Shown: positions 1 through 9,476, numbered from the stretch's first letter. The stretch: DNA of 37,550 nucleotides from a virus (IMGVR_UViG_3300026266_000008:1-37550), one strand, 5' to 3'. Made by a program: numbers and translations. The notes: a model not told the origin generated them from the letters alone.

Positions 1-245
1 TCAGAAAACATCCTCAGATAAAAGTGTCACCAAATCAACCAAAATCTAATCAAGATCAAAATGTAAGTTCTAAAGCATCATATGAACAAACAGGAGTACA
101 GGTTGCAATGGTAGAAAAAGCCGTTCCTGTTCCTGTTGGAGGAGGACCTGGCAATGGAGGTGGAGGTTTCACAGGTGGTTCTAGTGGTGATGTAAATAAT
201 ACATTAGAAAACTTAGTGTTAACAACACACTATAGAGAGGCATAA
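1..245 (+). CDS. 3' end of a gene truncated by the window edge; probable baseplate-hub/tail-length-associated structural protein
   Basis: The frame of ORF 24..245 is open back to position 3 (RKHPQIKVSPN...). It has a Pro/Gly-rich C-terminus, its stop overlaps the next ATG (TAATG), and it sits upstream of hub genes. Confidence 0.6.
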   Translation, partial: RKHPQIKVSPNQPKSNQDQNVSSKASYEQTGVQVAMVEKAVPVPVGGGPGNGGGGFTGGSSGDVNNTLENLVLTTHYREA

Positions 246-1621
246 TGGGAAATCCACCATATAAAGAGTCTATCAGACCTGGAGATATAAAAGTATTTAA
301 GATTAGTGGTTCTAATGGTGAATCCGTTGACATTAGTGGATCTATTGGAGAGTTTTTTTATTATGAAAGTATCCTCTCAAATACTGTAACTGCTACTGTT
401 GCATTTATTGATACAGGATTTGAGAAGGAAGGAAATAGTAGAATCAAAACCACTGGTATTGTTGATAGTCTTGAATTAGTTGGTGGTGAAAAGGTTGAGT
501 TTGAAATAGTTGATAGTAATGATATGTCTAGTGAGTCTGAAGGAACGATAGACTCTAAGATTGGTGATTCAGATACAATGTTTATCAAAACTATCCGAAA
601 TGTTAGTACCTCAACTACAAAGAAGGTTTTTATTCTGGATTTAGTATCTAAAGAATATTGGACCAATGAAACGAGAAGAGTTACCAAGAGATATGATGGT
701 AACCCAGGGGATCATGTTGAGGATATTCTTAAAAATATTTTGAAGGTTACAGTTGCAACTGATGATATTGAAAGAAGTAGTTACGATTATAACTTTATTG
801 GTAATACAAAAAAACCACTTTATACTTGTACTTGGTTAGCATCTAAATGTTGTACATCAAAAACTTCATCTGATAATCCAAAGAAAGGAACACTTGAAGG
901 TGTGAGTGCGGGTTTCTTCTTTTTCCAGACCAGAGATAGTTATCAATTTAAATCTATTGATACCTTAGCTGACCAACCAGTAAAACCAGGTAGAGATTTT
1001 ATCTATAATAATACTGGTAAAGAACCAGTTGGTGGTATTGGTGGTAAGAGAGTGAATATTTTAGATTATTCTACTCAACAACAAACTAATATTGGAAAGG
1101 ATTTGTCTTTAGGTGTTTATAATAACAAGACTATATTCTTTGATGTTTATAGAATGTACTCTCCACCTCCTACAAACTTTAGTTTCGATGAAGATAAGGC
1201 AGGGAAAGTAAAACTGTTGAATGAAAGGACTAACCAAGCACAGAAAGAAATTACAGAAACCCCATCCAGGTTGATGTTTAGTGTTCTTGATGTTGGAACT
1301 CTACCTAATGGTAATGTGTTGGTAGATGATAGAGAAAATCCGTCATTTACGACTAGATCTCCAGAATCAATGGTTCAATCGGTGATGAGATATAATGAAT
1401 TGTTTAGAACCAAAATAAATATTATTATTCCTGCAGATTTTAGTATCAGGGCTGGTGATGTGGTACATTGTACGTTTGTTAATTTAAATACTGATGTTTC
1501 TGGTGGTAGTGAAACACTTTCTGGAAACTTTGTCGTTGCAAATGTGTGTCACAAAATTGATTCAGAACAAACACTATCAAGTCTTGACATTATTAGAGAC
1601 AGTTTAGGGGACATTGATTAA
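245..1621 (+). CDS. Baseplate hub protein, gp27/late-control-D-like
   Basis: 458 aa. Motifs FFYYESILSNTVTA, GFFFFQTRDSYQFKSID and C-terminal IPADFSIRAGDVV...LSGNFVVANVCH are typical of hub proteins. It lies immediately upstream of gp5. Confidence 0.7.
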   Translation: MGNPPYKESIRPGDIKVFKISGSNGESVDISGSIGEFFYYESILSNTVTATVAFIDTGFEKEGNSRIKTTGIVDSLELVGGEKVEFEIVDSNDMSSESEGTIDSKIGDSDTMFIKTIRNVSTSTTKKVFILDLVSKEYWTNETRRVTKRYDGNPGDHVEDILKNILKVTVATDDIERSSYDYNFIGNTKKPLYTCTWLASKCCTSKTSSDNPKKGTLEGVSAGFFFFQTRDSYQFKSIDTLADQPVKPGRDFIYNNTGKEPVGGIGGKRVNILDYSTQQQTNIGKDLSLGVYNNKTIFFDVYRMYSPPPTNFSFDEDKAGKVKLLNERTNQAQKEITETPSRLMFSVLDVGTLPNGNVLVDDRENPSFTTRSPESMVQSVMRYNELFRTKINIIIPADFSIRAGDVVHCTFVNLNTDVSGGSETLSGNFVVANVCHKIDSEQTLSSLDIIRDSLGDID

Positions 1622-3979
1622 ATGTTAGATCAAAGTTTATACAACAAAAATTATCTAGGAAGAGACGGATTCTATTGGTGGATCGGTCAGATTCCTAATG
1701 AAGAAGTTTGGTGTGAGAATATTTCTGGTTTTCCTGCAAAAGAAAACACAGAATCTAAGGGATTTGGTGAGAGATATAAAGTTCGTATCATGGGTTCTCA
1801 GTTAGACTCATGGAATAGTGATGCATCAACAGAAGATCCTGATATCCCAGATAAAGATTTGCCATGGGCAATTGTAATGTATCCTGTGACTGCAGGTGGT
1901 GGTCCTGGTGCATCTTATCAGTCTGCCAACTTGACACAGGGAACATATGTATTTGGTTTCTATCTTGATGGTGAGGATGGACAACAACCTATTATTATGG
2001 GAACACTTGGTTACAATGATTTCAACCAAGTTAGTGCAAATTCTCCATCATTTTTCCCCACAACTGGATACACAGAAAGTGATAGAGAGTTTATCCCACC
2101 TTTCTCACTAAAAGAAGTAATGGGTGGTACATTTGCAGAGGGTTATGAGTACCTTGCATTTAATACAGCTAACTACTGGACAGAGACTGTAACTGGTAAC
2201 AACACTCAAGGTGATCTAGCCAGTGGAGCAAGTGCGGGGGATGGTAAAAAGAAAGAACCTCTTCCACCATCACCTGACTGTAAGTCTCCTTTGAGTGCAA
2301 TGCAGTTACAGTTGAAGAATACGATTCAAGAGGTTGAAAAAGCAAAAAAATCTGTATATGATTTTAGATTAAATCTCAATAAAGATATTGCAAAGTCACA
2401 AGAATGGATTGATGCTAAAATTATAGAAGGTGCCAAGATAGTTGCAGGTGCTATCAAGTGGTTGTTTACTGAGATTGAAAAGTTTGTCATTGCACAAGTT
2501 AATAATGCAGCGAAGAAGACTTATAATTTATTGATGCCCAATGAACAACCCCTAATGAAGGAGGGAATGGAGACTGCTAGTGATATTATTGCATGTCTTT
2601 TTAAAAAGATCATAGACAAACTCTTTGATATAGCTCTTGGTTTCCTTAAGGGAATGGTTGATAGAGTTGTTAATACTGCAGAGTGTCTTGTTAATAACTT
2701 TTTAGGTGGATTACTTGGTCAACTTGCTGGTTTGATTGATGGTGCTATTGGTCAAGCATTTGGTGCAGTTCAATCTATTATTAATGGTGTCGGTGGTATT
2801 GCTGATAGTGCCCTTGGACTTGCAAGTGATGGTCTTAAAATTATTTTAGATGTTCTCTCATTCTTGAATTGTGAGGAAAAACCAGAGTGTTCTAGTATTG
2901 ATGAGTGGAGTCTATGGGATGGAGCATCTGGTGGATTAACTGGTAATTTTGATAGTTTGATTGATAATATCACTAATACTGCTGGTGCAATTACAAATGC
3001 TATAGATATTGATAATTTTGATTTCAACTTAGACTTTAATTCTCAGTTTGATCCTTCTTCTTGTAATACTGGACCGAGAACTTGTGGTCCACCAACTCTT
3101 GATATCTTTGGGTCAGGTGTAGGTGCAGCAGTTAATTTAGTTGTAGGTAACACTGGAGAAATTCTTGCAGCTGATATTGTTAATTCGGGTTATGGATACG
3201 TCGTAGGAAGTACCTATACAAAAGTTACGGATGATTGTGGTGTAGGACAAGGTGGTATAGTTTATCCTGAATTTGGTCCAGTTACAGATCCCAATGGTAA
3301 TCCTAGTATTGGTATCACAGGTGTTGTGATAACTGCAACAGGTAAAGATTATCTACCATCTCCCAACGGTTCTACTGGTGGTGATGGTAGAGTTTGGGCA
3401 AATCCAGAAGATACTAATGTCACAAATGATGATGGGACTATTAGAGTTCCTATTCCACCAGAGAATCCTATTGGTGTAAGTCCTGGAGATGAAGTTACTA
3501 CTCCACCAGGAACTGAAACGGAAACTGATAATGGTCAAAAAATTATTGGCGGAATACCAACAGTTATTGTAAATGAAGGTGTACTCACAACTCCTCCTCT
3601 TACTATTGTCCAACCTCTTCCCGAATATCCAACATTAGAAATTGGTTCTTATCCAGTTATTCTTTACCTTTGTGATGTGATTATTGAAAGTCCGGGTATT
3701 AATTATAAAGAAAGTGATGAAGTTGTTATTGAACCATCAATGGGAGCAACTGTAGAATTTAAACTTGGTGACTTTGGAAAGATTGTAGGAGTTAAAGTTA
3801 CTAATGGTGGTGAAGGATTTACTGAAATGCCTAAGATTACAGTTAAGTCTCAATCAGGATTTAATAGTAGATTAATTCCAAAATTCTGTATAGATAGGAT
3901 AGGTGAGAATGATCTGGAAAGAGATCCTGATTATCAAGATAAGATCATTTCTGTTATAGATTGTGTAGGTAAGTTTTAA
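1622..3979 (+). CDS. gp5: Baseplate hub subunit gp5-like (N-terminal OB-fold; no lysozyme domain recognised)
   Basis: GRDGFYWWIGQI...RYKVRIMG...LPWA...G.YVFGFYLDGEDGQQPIIMG is the gp5 OB-fold signature. A long helical segment and GxGY-type beta repeats follow. Confidence 0.85.
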   Translation: MLDQSLYNKNYLGRDGFYWWIGQIPNEEVWCENISGFPAKENTESKGFGERYKVRIMGSQLDSWNSDASTEDPDIPDKDLPWAIVMYPVTAGGGPGASYQSANLTQGTYVFGFYLDGEDGQQPIIMGTLGYNDFNQVSANSPSFFPTTGYTESDREFIPPFSLKEVMGGTFAEGYEYLAFNTANYWTETVTGNNTQGDLASGASAGDGKKKEPLPPSPDCKSPLSAMQLQLKNTIQEVEKAKKSVYDFRLNLNKDIAKSQEWIDAKIIEGAKIVAGAIKWLFTEIEKFVIAQVNNAAKKTYNLLMPNEQPLMKEGMETASDIIACLFKKIIDKLFDIALGFLKGMVDRVVNTAECLVNNFLGGLLGQLAGLIDGAIGQAFGAVQSIINGVGGIADSALGLASDGLKIILDVLSFLNCEEKPECSSIDEWSLWDGASGGLTGNFDSLIDNITNTAGAITNAIDIDNFDFNLDFNSQFDPSSCNTGPRTCGPPTLDIFGSGVGAAVNLVVGNTGEILAADIVNSGYGYVVGSTYTKVTDDCGVGQGGIVYPEFGPVTDPNGNPSIGITGVVITATGKDYLPSPNGSTGGDGRVWANPEDTNVTNDDGTIRVPIPPENPIGVSPGDEVTTPPGTETETDNGQKIIGGIPTVIVNEGVLTTPPLTIVQPLPEYPTLEIGSYPVILYLCDVIIESPGINYKESDEVVIEPSMGATVEFKLGDFGKIVGVKVTNGGEGFTEMPKITVKSQSGFNSRLIPKFCIDRIGENDLERDPDYQDKIISVIDCVGKF

Positions 3980-4563
3980 TGGCACAAATTAAAGATTGTC
4001 ATGTTATTAGATATGGTAATAAACATGGAGAACTAAAATTTGGACACATCTGGCCAGATAATAATCAGTCTGCTGTCCTTCTAAGAAGTGGTAGGAATGA
4101 TACCCATTACATCTCTTTAGAACAAAAAGGTGAACCACATAGAAAAAATGGTACAATATGTAGATCACCTGGCGCATTTCAGATAAAAGCTGGTGATCAG
4201 TGTACTACAAAAGATGAACCTGGTGTATTCATTGATGCTGTAAGTGGAGACATCAAACTTAATGCCCCTAAAGGTAATGTCGAAATCAGAGCCAGAAACA
4301 TAAGAATCTATGCTACGGCGGATGGTAATGATAATGGTACTATTGAATTACAAGCCAATGAAAAGATTATTGGTAAGGCACAAACTATTGACATCAACTC
4401 CAAAGTATCTACAAAAATCTTTTCTGAGAAGTCTGTAGAGTGTTGTGGCAAAGCTGTGTTAAATATATACGGTGGAATGGTTGACTGTGCCGATGGTGCC
4501 ACAGAGGTCAATGGTTCTAAAGGAGTACCATCAACCAACGAAATTAAAAACAGAGCATTTTAG
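3979..4563 (+). CDS. Central spike beta-helix protein (gp5 C-terminal-like)
   Basis: 194 aa with short periodic beta strands (GDIKLNAPKGNVEIRARNIRIYA, GTIELQANEKI). Translationally coupled to gp5 (TAATG). Confidence 0.55.
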   Translation: MAQIKDCHVIRYGNKHGELKFGHIWPDNNQSAVLLRSGRNDTHYISLEQKGEPHRKNGTICRSPGAFQIKAGDQCTTKDEPGVFIDAVSGDIKLNAPKGNVEIRARNIRIYATADGNDNGTIELQANEKIIGKAQTIDINSKVSTKIFSEKSVECCGKAVLNIYGGMVDCADGATEVNGSKGVPSTNEIKNRAF

Positions 4564-4567
4564 TATA

Positions 4568-5266
4568 ATGAAAGTACCTGATCTATTTGTAGGAAAAAGA
4601 TTTTTCCTTGGTTTAGGAAATCCTGAACTTCTTGGTCGTGGACCTTTGGAGGTCCGGGGTTCGGGGTATGTTGAGGGTCCTACTATTAATGGTGATCCCA
4701 ATGGTCAATTTGATCCAATCACTGCTGTAGCAGATGGATTGCCTGTAGGACCAACCAATGGTATTGCTAATGTAATGATTGGTCAGAATAAGAATATTGA
4801 GATGAAACCCATCCCATTCTATGCTCTGATGGTGAAAACATTTGCAAGAATTAAGAGTTTCCTGAAGGTTGATACTCTTTTGACTGTTAGGACAATTAAA
4901 TCAAAGATTATCTACACTGAAGTTCTTCTTGCAAGATCAAAGAACTTTATGATACCCCATCCAGACGATCCTAATAAACAACTTGTTTATGCTTGTCTGG
5001 AAGGACCAGAACATTCTGTGTATGTAAGAGGACAGTTGAGGAATAAAGATACTATTATTTTGCCAGAGGTTTGGAGAAACCTTGTAGATGAAAGATCTAT
5101 TACTGTTTCATTAACTCCAGTTGGAACTCATCAGGAGTTAATTGTAAAGAGAATTCAAGATAACCAGATCGTAGTAGGAACAAAACCAGGACTACCTATC
5201 AATTGTTATTATCATATATTTGCAGAAAGAAAGGATATTCCTAAATTAGTGACGGAGATTGAGTGA
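4568..5266 (+). CDS. Spike/fibre-associated protein with C-terminal KxFxIPHP...ExP...VYVRG domain
   Basis: The likely start is ATG 4568 (MKVPDLFVG), just after the upstream stop; the 4472 start overlaps the previous gene. The C-terminal ~110 aa is paralogous to the next gene. Confidence 0.65.
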   Translation: MKVPDLFVGKRFFLGLGNPELLGRGPLEVRGSGYVEGPTINGDPNGQFDPITAVADGLPVGPTNGIANVMIGQNKNIEMKPIPFYALMVKTFARIKSFLKVDTLLTVRTIKSKIIYTEVLLARSKNFMIPHPDDPNKQLVYACLEGPEHSVYVRGQLRNKDTIILPEVWRNLVDERSITVSLTPVGTHQELIVKRIQDNQIVVGTKPGLPINCYYHIFAERKDIPKLVTEIE

Positions 5267-6108
5267 TGCCCGGACCATTTCAGTTAAGAAATTATGCAAC
5301 ATTTACTGGACCTCTTCAGAAAGATGAATTAGCATACAGTTATGATCTCTCCGAAAAAGAGGGAATTTGGCATACTGACATTCCTGTTGACACATCATTT
5401 CCCAACTTTGATGTAGGAGTTCTTTTCTTTAGAGATCCGACTGATTATACACATTTTCATTTATATGGTCCTGCACCACAAATTGTTGTTCTTGAAAAAC
5501 AAGCATATCAACCACTTCCAGGTTTATTTTTAGAAGTTCTGAATACTGTTGTAAACGGAAACATTATTGCGAATGGTAGTATTGTTTGTAATGACAATGT
5601 TATATGTAATGGGGTCACACTCATGAATGGTATTATCAACATGAAGTCCGTAGCACTTCTTTCTGGTATTGGTAACGTTAAAACATACATGATCGCCACT
5701 AGAGCAATTGCAAATGGTAAGAAATCTTTTGACATCCCTCACCCAACCAAAAAAGATCATAGACTGAGATATGTTTGTGTTGAGACACCAAAGGCAGATG
5801 TATATGTTAGGGGTAAATTGAATGGTAGTAATGTAATTGATCTTCCAGACTATTGGAAAGACTTGGTTGACCCTGACAGTATTGATGTTGTCTTGACACC
5901 TAGAGGATCCTTCCAGGAACTCTTTGTAGAAGATATTCAGTGGGGAACTAAGGTCATTGTCAAGAACAATGCTGGGGGTTCTATTAACTGTAGTTACGTT
6001 GTTTATGGTGAAAGAAAGGACGTATCTTCTAATATTTCTGAGTATCAGGGGTTGACAGAAGCAGACTATCCAGGAGATAATAGTGAATATATCGTCAATT
6101 CTGATTAA
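5263..6108 (+). CDS. Spike/fibre-associated protein, paralogue of the previous gene in its C-terminal domain
   Basis: KKSFDIPHPTKKDHRLRYVCVETPKADVYVRG...LPDYWKDLVD...V.LTP...CSYVVYGERKD aligns by eye with 4568..5266. A short N/G-rich beta-helix precedes it. Confidence 0.65.
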   Translation: MMPGPFQLRNYATFTGPLQKDELAYSYDLSEKEGIWHTDIPVDTSFPNFDVGVLFFRDPTDYTHFHLYGPAPQIVVLEKQAYQPLPGLFLEVLNTVVNGNIIANGSIVCNDNVICNGVTLMNGIINMKSVALLSGIGNVKTYMIATRAIANGKKSFDIPHPTKKDHRLRYVCVETPKADVYVRGKLNGSNVIDLPDYWKDLVDPDSIDVVLTPRGSFQELFVEDIQWGTKVIVKNNAGGSINCSYVVYGERKDVSSNISEYQGLTEADYPGDNSEYIVNSD

Positions 6109-6779
6109 TGAATAAAGTACATGAGATATTCCCTCTGGTAGTTTATCAAGATAGTATCGATTGTCATAAAGAATTTAAAAAAGAAAATTTAAACTTACTG
6201 AAAGAATATTGGTTCAATGGATATGAAAATGAAAGTCCAGAGTATTCTGGAAGAATCTTTCTACATAATGATCCACAATATAATATTTTCTTTGATGATC
6301 TGAAGAGATCAATTGACAATTACTTTTATCATCTCAATGTTGATTATTCAAAACTTAATTATCATGTAACAAAATCATGGGTTGGTTATCATACTAAGGA
6401 AATACCTGAACTCAATCCACACTATCACAATGAATCAAACATAAGTTTTGTCTACTATCTACAGTCATCTAAGGACTCAGATAAGTTCTGTGTGAGTCAG
6501 AACAATAATATCAATGAAAACACTGGAGGTTTATTTGAACCCTCAAACCAAAGGAATACTCTTCTAACTTACAACAAATATAATTGTAATTATTACACAA
6601 TTACTCCACATGAGGGTACAGTTCTCCTATTTCCAAGTAATGTTATTCATCATACGATAAAGGGTGATGGTGAAGACGAAAGAATTGTAATCGCAGGTGA
6701 TATTAGAATCACTCTAAAAGAAGAATGTAACAATCACCATCAAGCATCCACTCATCCAAATCAATGGAAACAGATCTAA
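6108..6779 (+). CDS. 2OG-Fe(II) oxygenase superfamily protein (TIGR02466-like)
   Basis: Motifs IFP, SWV, HYH, SFVYYL, PHEGTVLLFPS.VIH and ERIVIAGD, the DSBH pattern of this family. Confidence 0.8.
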   Translation: MNKVHEIFPLVVYQDSIDCHKEFKKENLNLLKEYWFNGYENESPEYSGRIFLHNDPQYNIFFDDLKRSIDNYFYHLNVDYSKLNYHVTKSWVGYHTKEIPELNPHYHNESNISFVYYLQSSKDSDKFCVSQNNNINENTGGLFEPSNQRNTLLTYNKYNCNYYTITPHEGTVLLFPSNVIHHTIKGDGEDERIVIAGDIRITLKEECNNHHQASTHPNQWKQI

Positions 6780-6782
6780 ATA
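6777..6782 (+). promoter_or_regulatory. T4-like late promoter (TAAATA)
   Basis: CTAAATA overlaps the stop of the oxygenase gene, about 20 nt upstream of the 6804 start. Confidence 0.6.
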
Positions 6783-6803
6783 ACAAAATAGTAGTTTTAT
6801 AAG

Positions 6804-8036
6804 ATGTCTACATTATCCACAACTGGAAAATTCGTTACTGTTGGCCTTACTACACAAAAAGATGATAGACTTACAGAGAATGATGTATATAACAACCCTG
6901 TTGGAATTGCATCTACTGTAGTAGATAGGTATCAGGTAGTATCAAAAGAACTTGATACAGAAGTTCTTAGTAATGTTGAAGGAACTATTGATATTATTAA
7001 TAATAAGAAAAGTCAACTTATTGGACTTGGAAATATTGCAGCAGGTCCTTTTAAACCTGGTGTATTTCCACCTATCTGTGGACTTTATTCAGATAAAGGT
7101 GATATTAATAACAATGTAAACTCTGGTAATGGAGAGGTCGAAGCGGTTGAAGGTGGAGGTATTGGTGGAGGAACTACAACACCTGCAGTTGCATACTCTG
7201 TTGTAAGAGGAGATTATGTAAGAATAGAGAGATATCCTAATTTAGAACAGAGAACCGCTCCAAATGACAATGCTCTTGAGAATATGAAGTTTCCCATTTT
7301 GAGTGGGGGCAATGCAGGTCAAGGAAAAGAAGATATTTATTTTATAAACTCTATGTATGAGGATACAGATGTTGGAGTTACATATTATGTGACTGATGAT
7401 AAGGGTAGTTGGAACGTTGAAGGATTTGACGATACAGAAGGTGATATTTTAGGTGTATATTATCCAGTAGATCCTACTGGGGTTGCTAATACTACTATTA
7501 GTATTCCAGGTAAAGTGTCTTCTGGATTAGTTTTTTCTCCAGATAGTCTTTACAGTGGAATTTCTTCATTTTTTAATGGTGTTCAAACCGGTACTTGGAC
7601 TACTGGACTCAGTACAAGTTCTGTTGAGTGGGATGTTCTTACTGGTCAATTGGAACCAATAGGAATTTCATTTATTATAAAGGGTACAGGTAAGTTGATT
7701 GTAGATGCTGCACAGGTATGTAGTGGTATTGCCGCATCTCAAACTTCATTACAGAATGAGATTGATACGTTAAGAACAAGTATAAATCCATATTTTGTTT
7801 CTGCCAATACGACAAAAATAACAAAACATGCTTCACAACTTAAATTATGGTCTGCAGAAAGAGTAAAGACTAGAAACCTTGAAGAAGCTACAGGCTTAAA
7901 TAATTTTCAAAGAGATCTTGAAGTGGCAGTACCAACAGTTGAATCGATAGATCCTCAACTTCCAACCAATAGGGATACAGCAGATAATACTACAATTACC
8001 GCAGACAATACATTCATTACTGCAGATAGTCGGTAA
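6804..8036 (+). CDS. Putative virion structural protein
   Basis: 410 aa, Gly/Thr/Val-rich, behind a late promoter. It ends in a 7-residue repeat TADNTTI-TADNTFI-TADSR. Confidence 0.6.
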   Translation: MSTLSTTGKFVTVGLTTQKDDRLTENDVYNNPVGIASTVVDRYQVVSKELDTEVLSNVEGTIDIINNKKSQLIGLGNIAAGPFKPGVFPPICGLYSDKGDINNNVNSGNGEVEAVEGGGIGGGTTTPAVAYSVVRGDYVRIERYPNLEQRTAPNDNALENMKFPILSGGNAGQGKEDIYFINSMYEDTDVGVTYYVTDDKGSWNVEGFDDTEGDILGVYYPVDPTGVANTTISIPGKVSSGLVFSPDSLYSGISSFFNGVQTGTWTTGLSTSSVEWDVLTGQLEPIGISFIIKGTGKLIVDAAQVCSGIAASQTSLQNEIDTLRTSINPYFVSANTTKITKHASQLKLWSAERVKTRNLEEATGLNNFQRDLEVAVPTVESIDPQLPTNRDTADNTTITADNTFITADSR

Positions 8037-8042
8037 TAAATA
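8036..8042 (+). promoter_or_regulatory. T4-like late promoter (ATAAATA)
   Basis: ATAAATA followed by a GGAG RBS upstream of 8064. Confidence 0.65.
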
Positions 8043-8063
8043 ACCTTACGGAGATCACTAATC

Positions 8064-8420
8064 ATGACAAAACAAACAATTAATTTGGGTTCAACTCCTA
8101 ATGATGGGACAGGGGATCCTCTGAGATCATCTTTTGATAAGACAAATGATAATTTTAACGAGATTTATACTACCTTTGGTGATGGAAGTACACTTGGTGG
8201 TATAGGTGTTTCTGTCGGTATTGCCAATTACGCAAACAATGCAGGTATTGCATCTCATGCACAAGGTATTATTGGAGCACCTGATATAAATGTTGGTATT
8301 GTTACTGCCAATGGATTTATAAGTGCAGCAGGTGTAACACCAGTTGAGATCACCCATACTGGAACTACATTAACCTTTACAGTGGTTGGTATTGGATCAA
8401 CAAACCTGACACTCTCATAA
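8064..8420 (+). CDS. Small baseplate/fibre protein with gp9/gp10-type N-terminal motif
   Basis: MTKQTINLGSTPNDGTGDPLRSSFDKTNDNFNEIY is the N-terminal motif shared by T4-like gp9/gp10 connectors. Confidence 0.7.
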   Translation: MTKQTINLGSTPNDGTGDPLRSSFDKTNDNFNEIYTTFGDGSTLGGIGVSVGIANYANNAGIASHAQGIIGAPDINVGIVTANGFISAAGVTPVEITHTGTTLTFTVVGIGSTNLTLS

Positions 8421-8434
8421 CTGTCATAAGATCA

Positions 8435-8463
8435 TTGACAGGACATCCCACATAACCTATAGT
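8435..8463 (+). promoter_or_regulatory. sigma70-type (early/middle) promoter
   Basis: TTGACA (8435-8440), 17-nt spacer, TATAGT (8458-8463), 22 nt upstream of 8486. Confidence 0.75.
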
Positions 8464-8485
8464 ACGAGAGTTCATACTAAAATCT

Positions 8486-8707
8486 ATGGAATACGATAGA
8501 GAAGATTTCCTCGTCGAGAGTGAAGATGATGAGTATATTGTTAGTTGCGTTGTTGATCTAATGAGACGTACCTTCATTTTGTATTCTAATGAGGGTGATA
8601 GTAATACTGTCAATTGTGAAACTTCAGAGGAGTTCATGAATGTTATAGAAGTAATTAGAGCAGTATTACCAGAAAAAATTATTAAGTATATACAACCGTA
8701 TGAATAA
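8486..8707 (+). CDS. Small acidic hypothetical protein
   Basis: 73 aa, directly behind the sigma70 promoter, with phage-like codon usage. Confidence 0.75.
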   Translation: MEYDREDFLVESEDDEYIVSCVVDLMRRTFILYSNEGDSNTVNCETSEEFMNVIEVIRAVLPEKIIKYIQPYE

Positions 8708-8745
8708 ATATTCTTCTAATTTTTATCAAGAAATCCTCACATGTT

Positions 8746-8934
8746 ATGAGTATGAGACCAAAAACACGTCAGTCTATGGAAATGTTATTCTCTGCGAAAT
8801 GGAATCTTCCCAAGGCGGCAAACAATGCGGATCTAACTTACAAGGAGATGAAAATATGTTTTTCTGAATATGTCAATCTAAATCCTCCCACCTATAAGTG
8901 GGTAGAAAATAATCAATTGACCCTTGACATTTGA
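8746..8934 (+). CDS. Small hypothetical protein, possibly helix-turn-helix-like (WNLPKAANNADLTYKEMK)
   Basis: 62 aa, preceded by ATAAATA (8704-8710). The HTH call is inference from the helical pattern only. Confidence 0.65.
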   Translation: MSMRPKTRQSMEMLFSAKWNLPKAANNADLTYKEMKICFSEYVNLNPPTYKWVENNQLTLDI

Positions 8935-8981
8935 AGTTGTTCTGATAGGAACCTATATATTTTCAATTGTGAGAGTTGTCA

Positions 8982-9251
8982 ATGAAATATAAGATTGATT
9001 CCAAATTTGTTTGGCTCAATGATAAGGCAACTTTGGTATTAATGTACTTTATACAAGGTATTCCATTTACTTTTGATGAATGTGAGGAAGAATATTATTT
9101 TGATTATGAAGTTGTTGATGAAGCAAACAATCAACCGGGATATACTATAGATAATGTATATCAAGCATCATACTATTTGATCGATGAAGAATGTCATCCT
9201 TTATTATTTGAGTTGGAATTAGAAAACCCTGAACTTTTACCTGTAGAATAA
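8982..9251 (+). CDS. Small acidic hypothetical protein
   Basis: ATG 8982 follows GAGAG and is preferred over TTG 8976. It fills the gap in the operon. Confidence 0.7.
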   Translation: MKYKIDSKFVWLNDKATLVLMYFIQGIPFTFDECEEEYYFDYEVVDEANNQPGYTIDNVYQASYYLIDEECHPLLFELELENPELLPVE

Positions 9252-9252
9252 T

Positions 9253-9426
9253 ATGAAAATTAATCTCTGGTATTGTGATGATATGGAGCAATGGAGATGG
9301 ACTTTAACTGGGAATGACACTAGCAAGACTGTTTGGCAAGAGTCAGGACAGAGATCAGATTTGAGAGAAGCGATGAATGATGTTGCAACTACAGTGGAAT
9401 ATTTACTTAGTAAAAATACTGTATAA
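9253..9426 (+). CDS. 57-aa hypothetical protein missing from the ORF track (MKINLWYCDDMEQWRWTLT...ESGQRSDLREAMNDVATTVEYL)
   Basis: Translated by hand. ATG is 1 nt after the upstream stop, the stop TAA is at 9424-9426, and it exactly fills the gap before the late promoter. Confidence 0.75.
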   Translation: MKINLWYCDDMEQWRWTLTGNDTSKTVWQESGQRSDLREAMNDVATTVEYLLSKNTV

Positions 9427-9434
9427 AAAAAGAA

Positions 9435-9441
9435 ATAAATA
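9435..9441 (+). promoter_or_regulatory. T4-like late promoter (ATAAATA)
   Basis: Intergenic, about 35 nt upstream of the 1950-aa gene. Confidence 0.65.
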
Positions 9442-9476
9442 AGGTATAAGAAGACTTGTGCACAGGTTGAAGTAAA

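Noticed and set aside
4472-4567. N-terminal extension of ORF 4472..5266
   Set aside because: It overlaps the upstream gene by about 90 nt; ATG 4568 just after the stop is more plausible.
6052-6081. Possible internal sigma70 promoter (TTGACA-18-GATAAT) for the 6108 oxygenase
   Set aside because: It lies within coding sequence with a non-consensus -10 and spacing; it could be chance.
8924-8951. TTGACA upstream of the 8982 gene
   Set aside because: There is no acceptable -10 at 16-18 nt.
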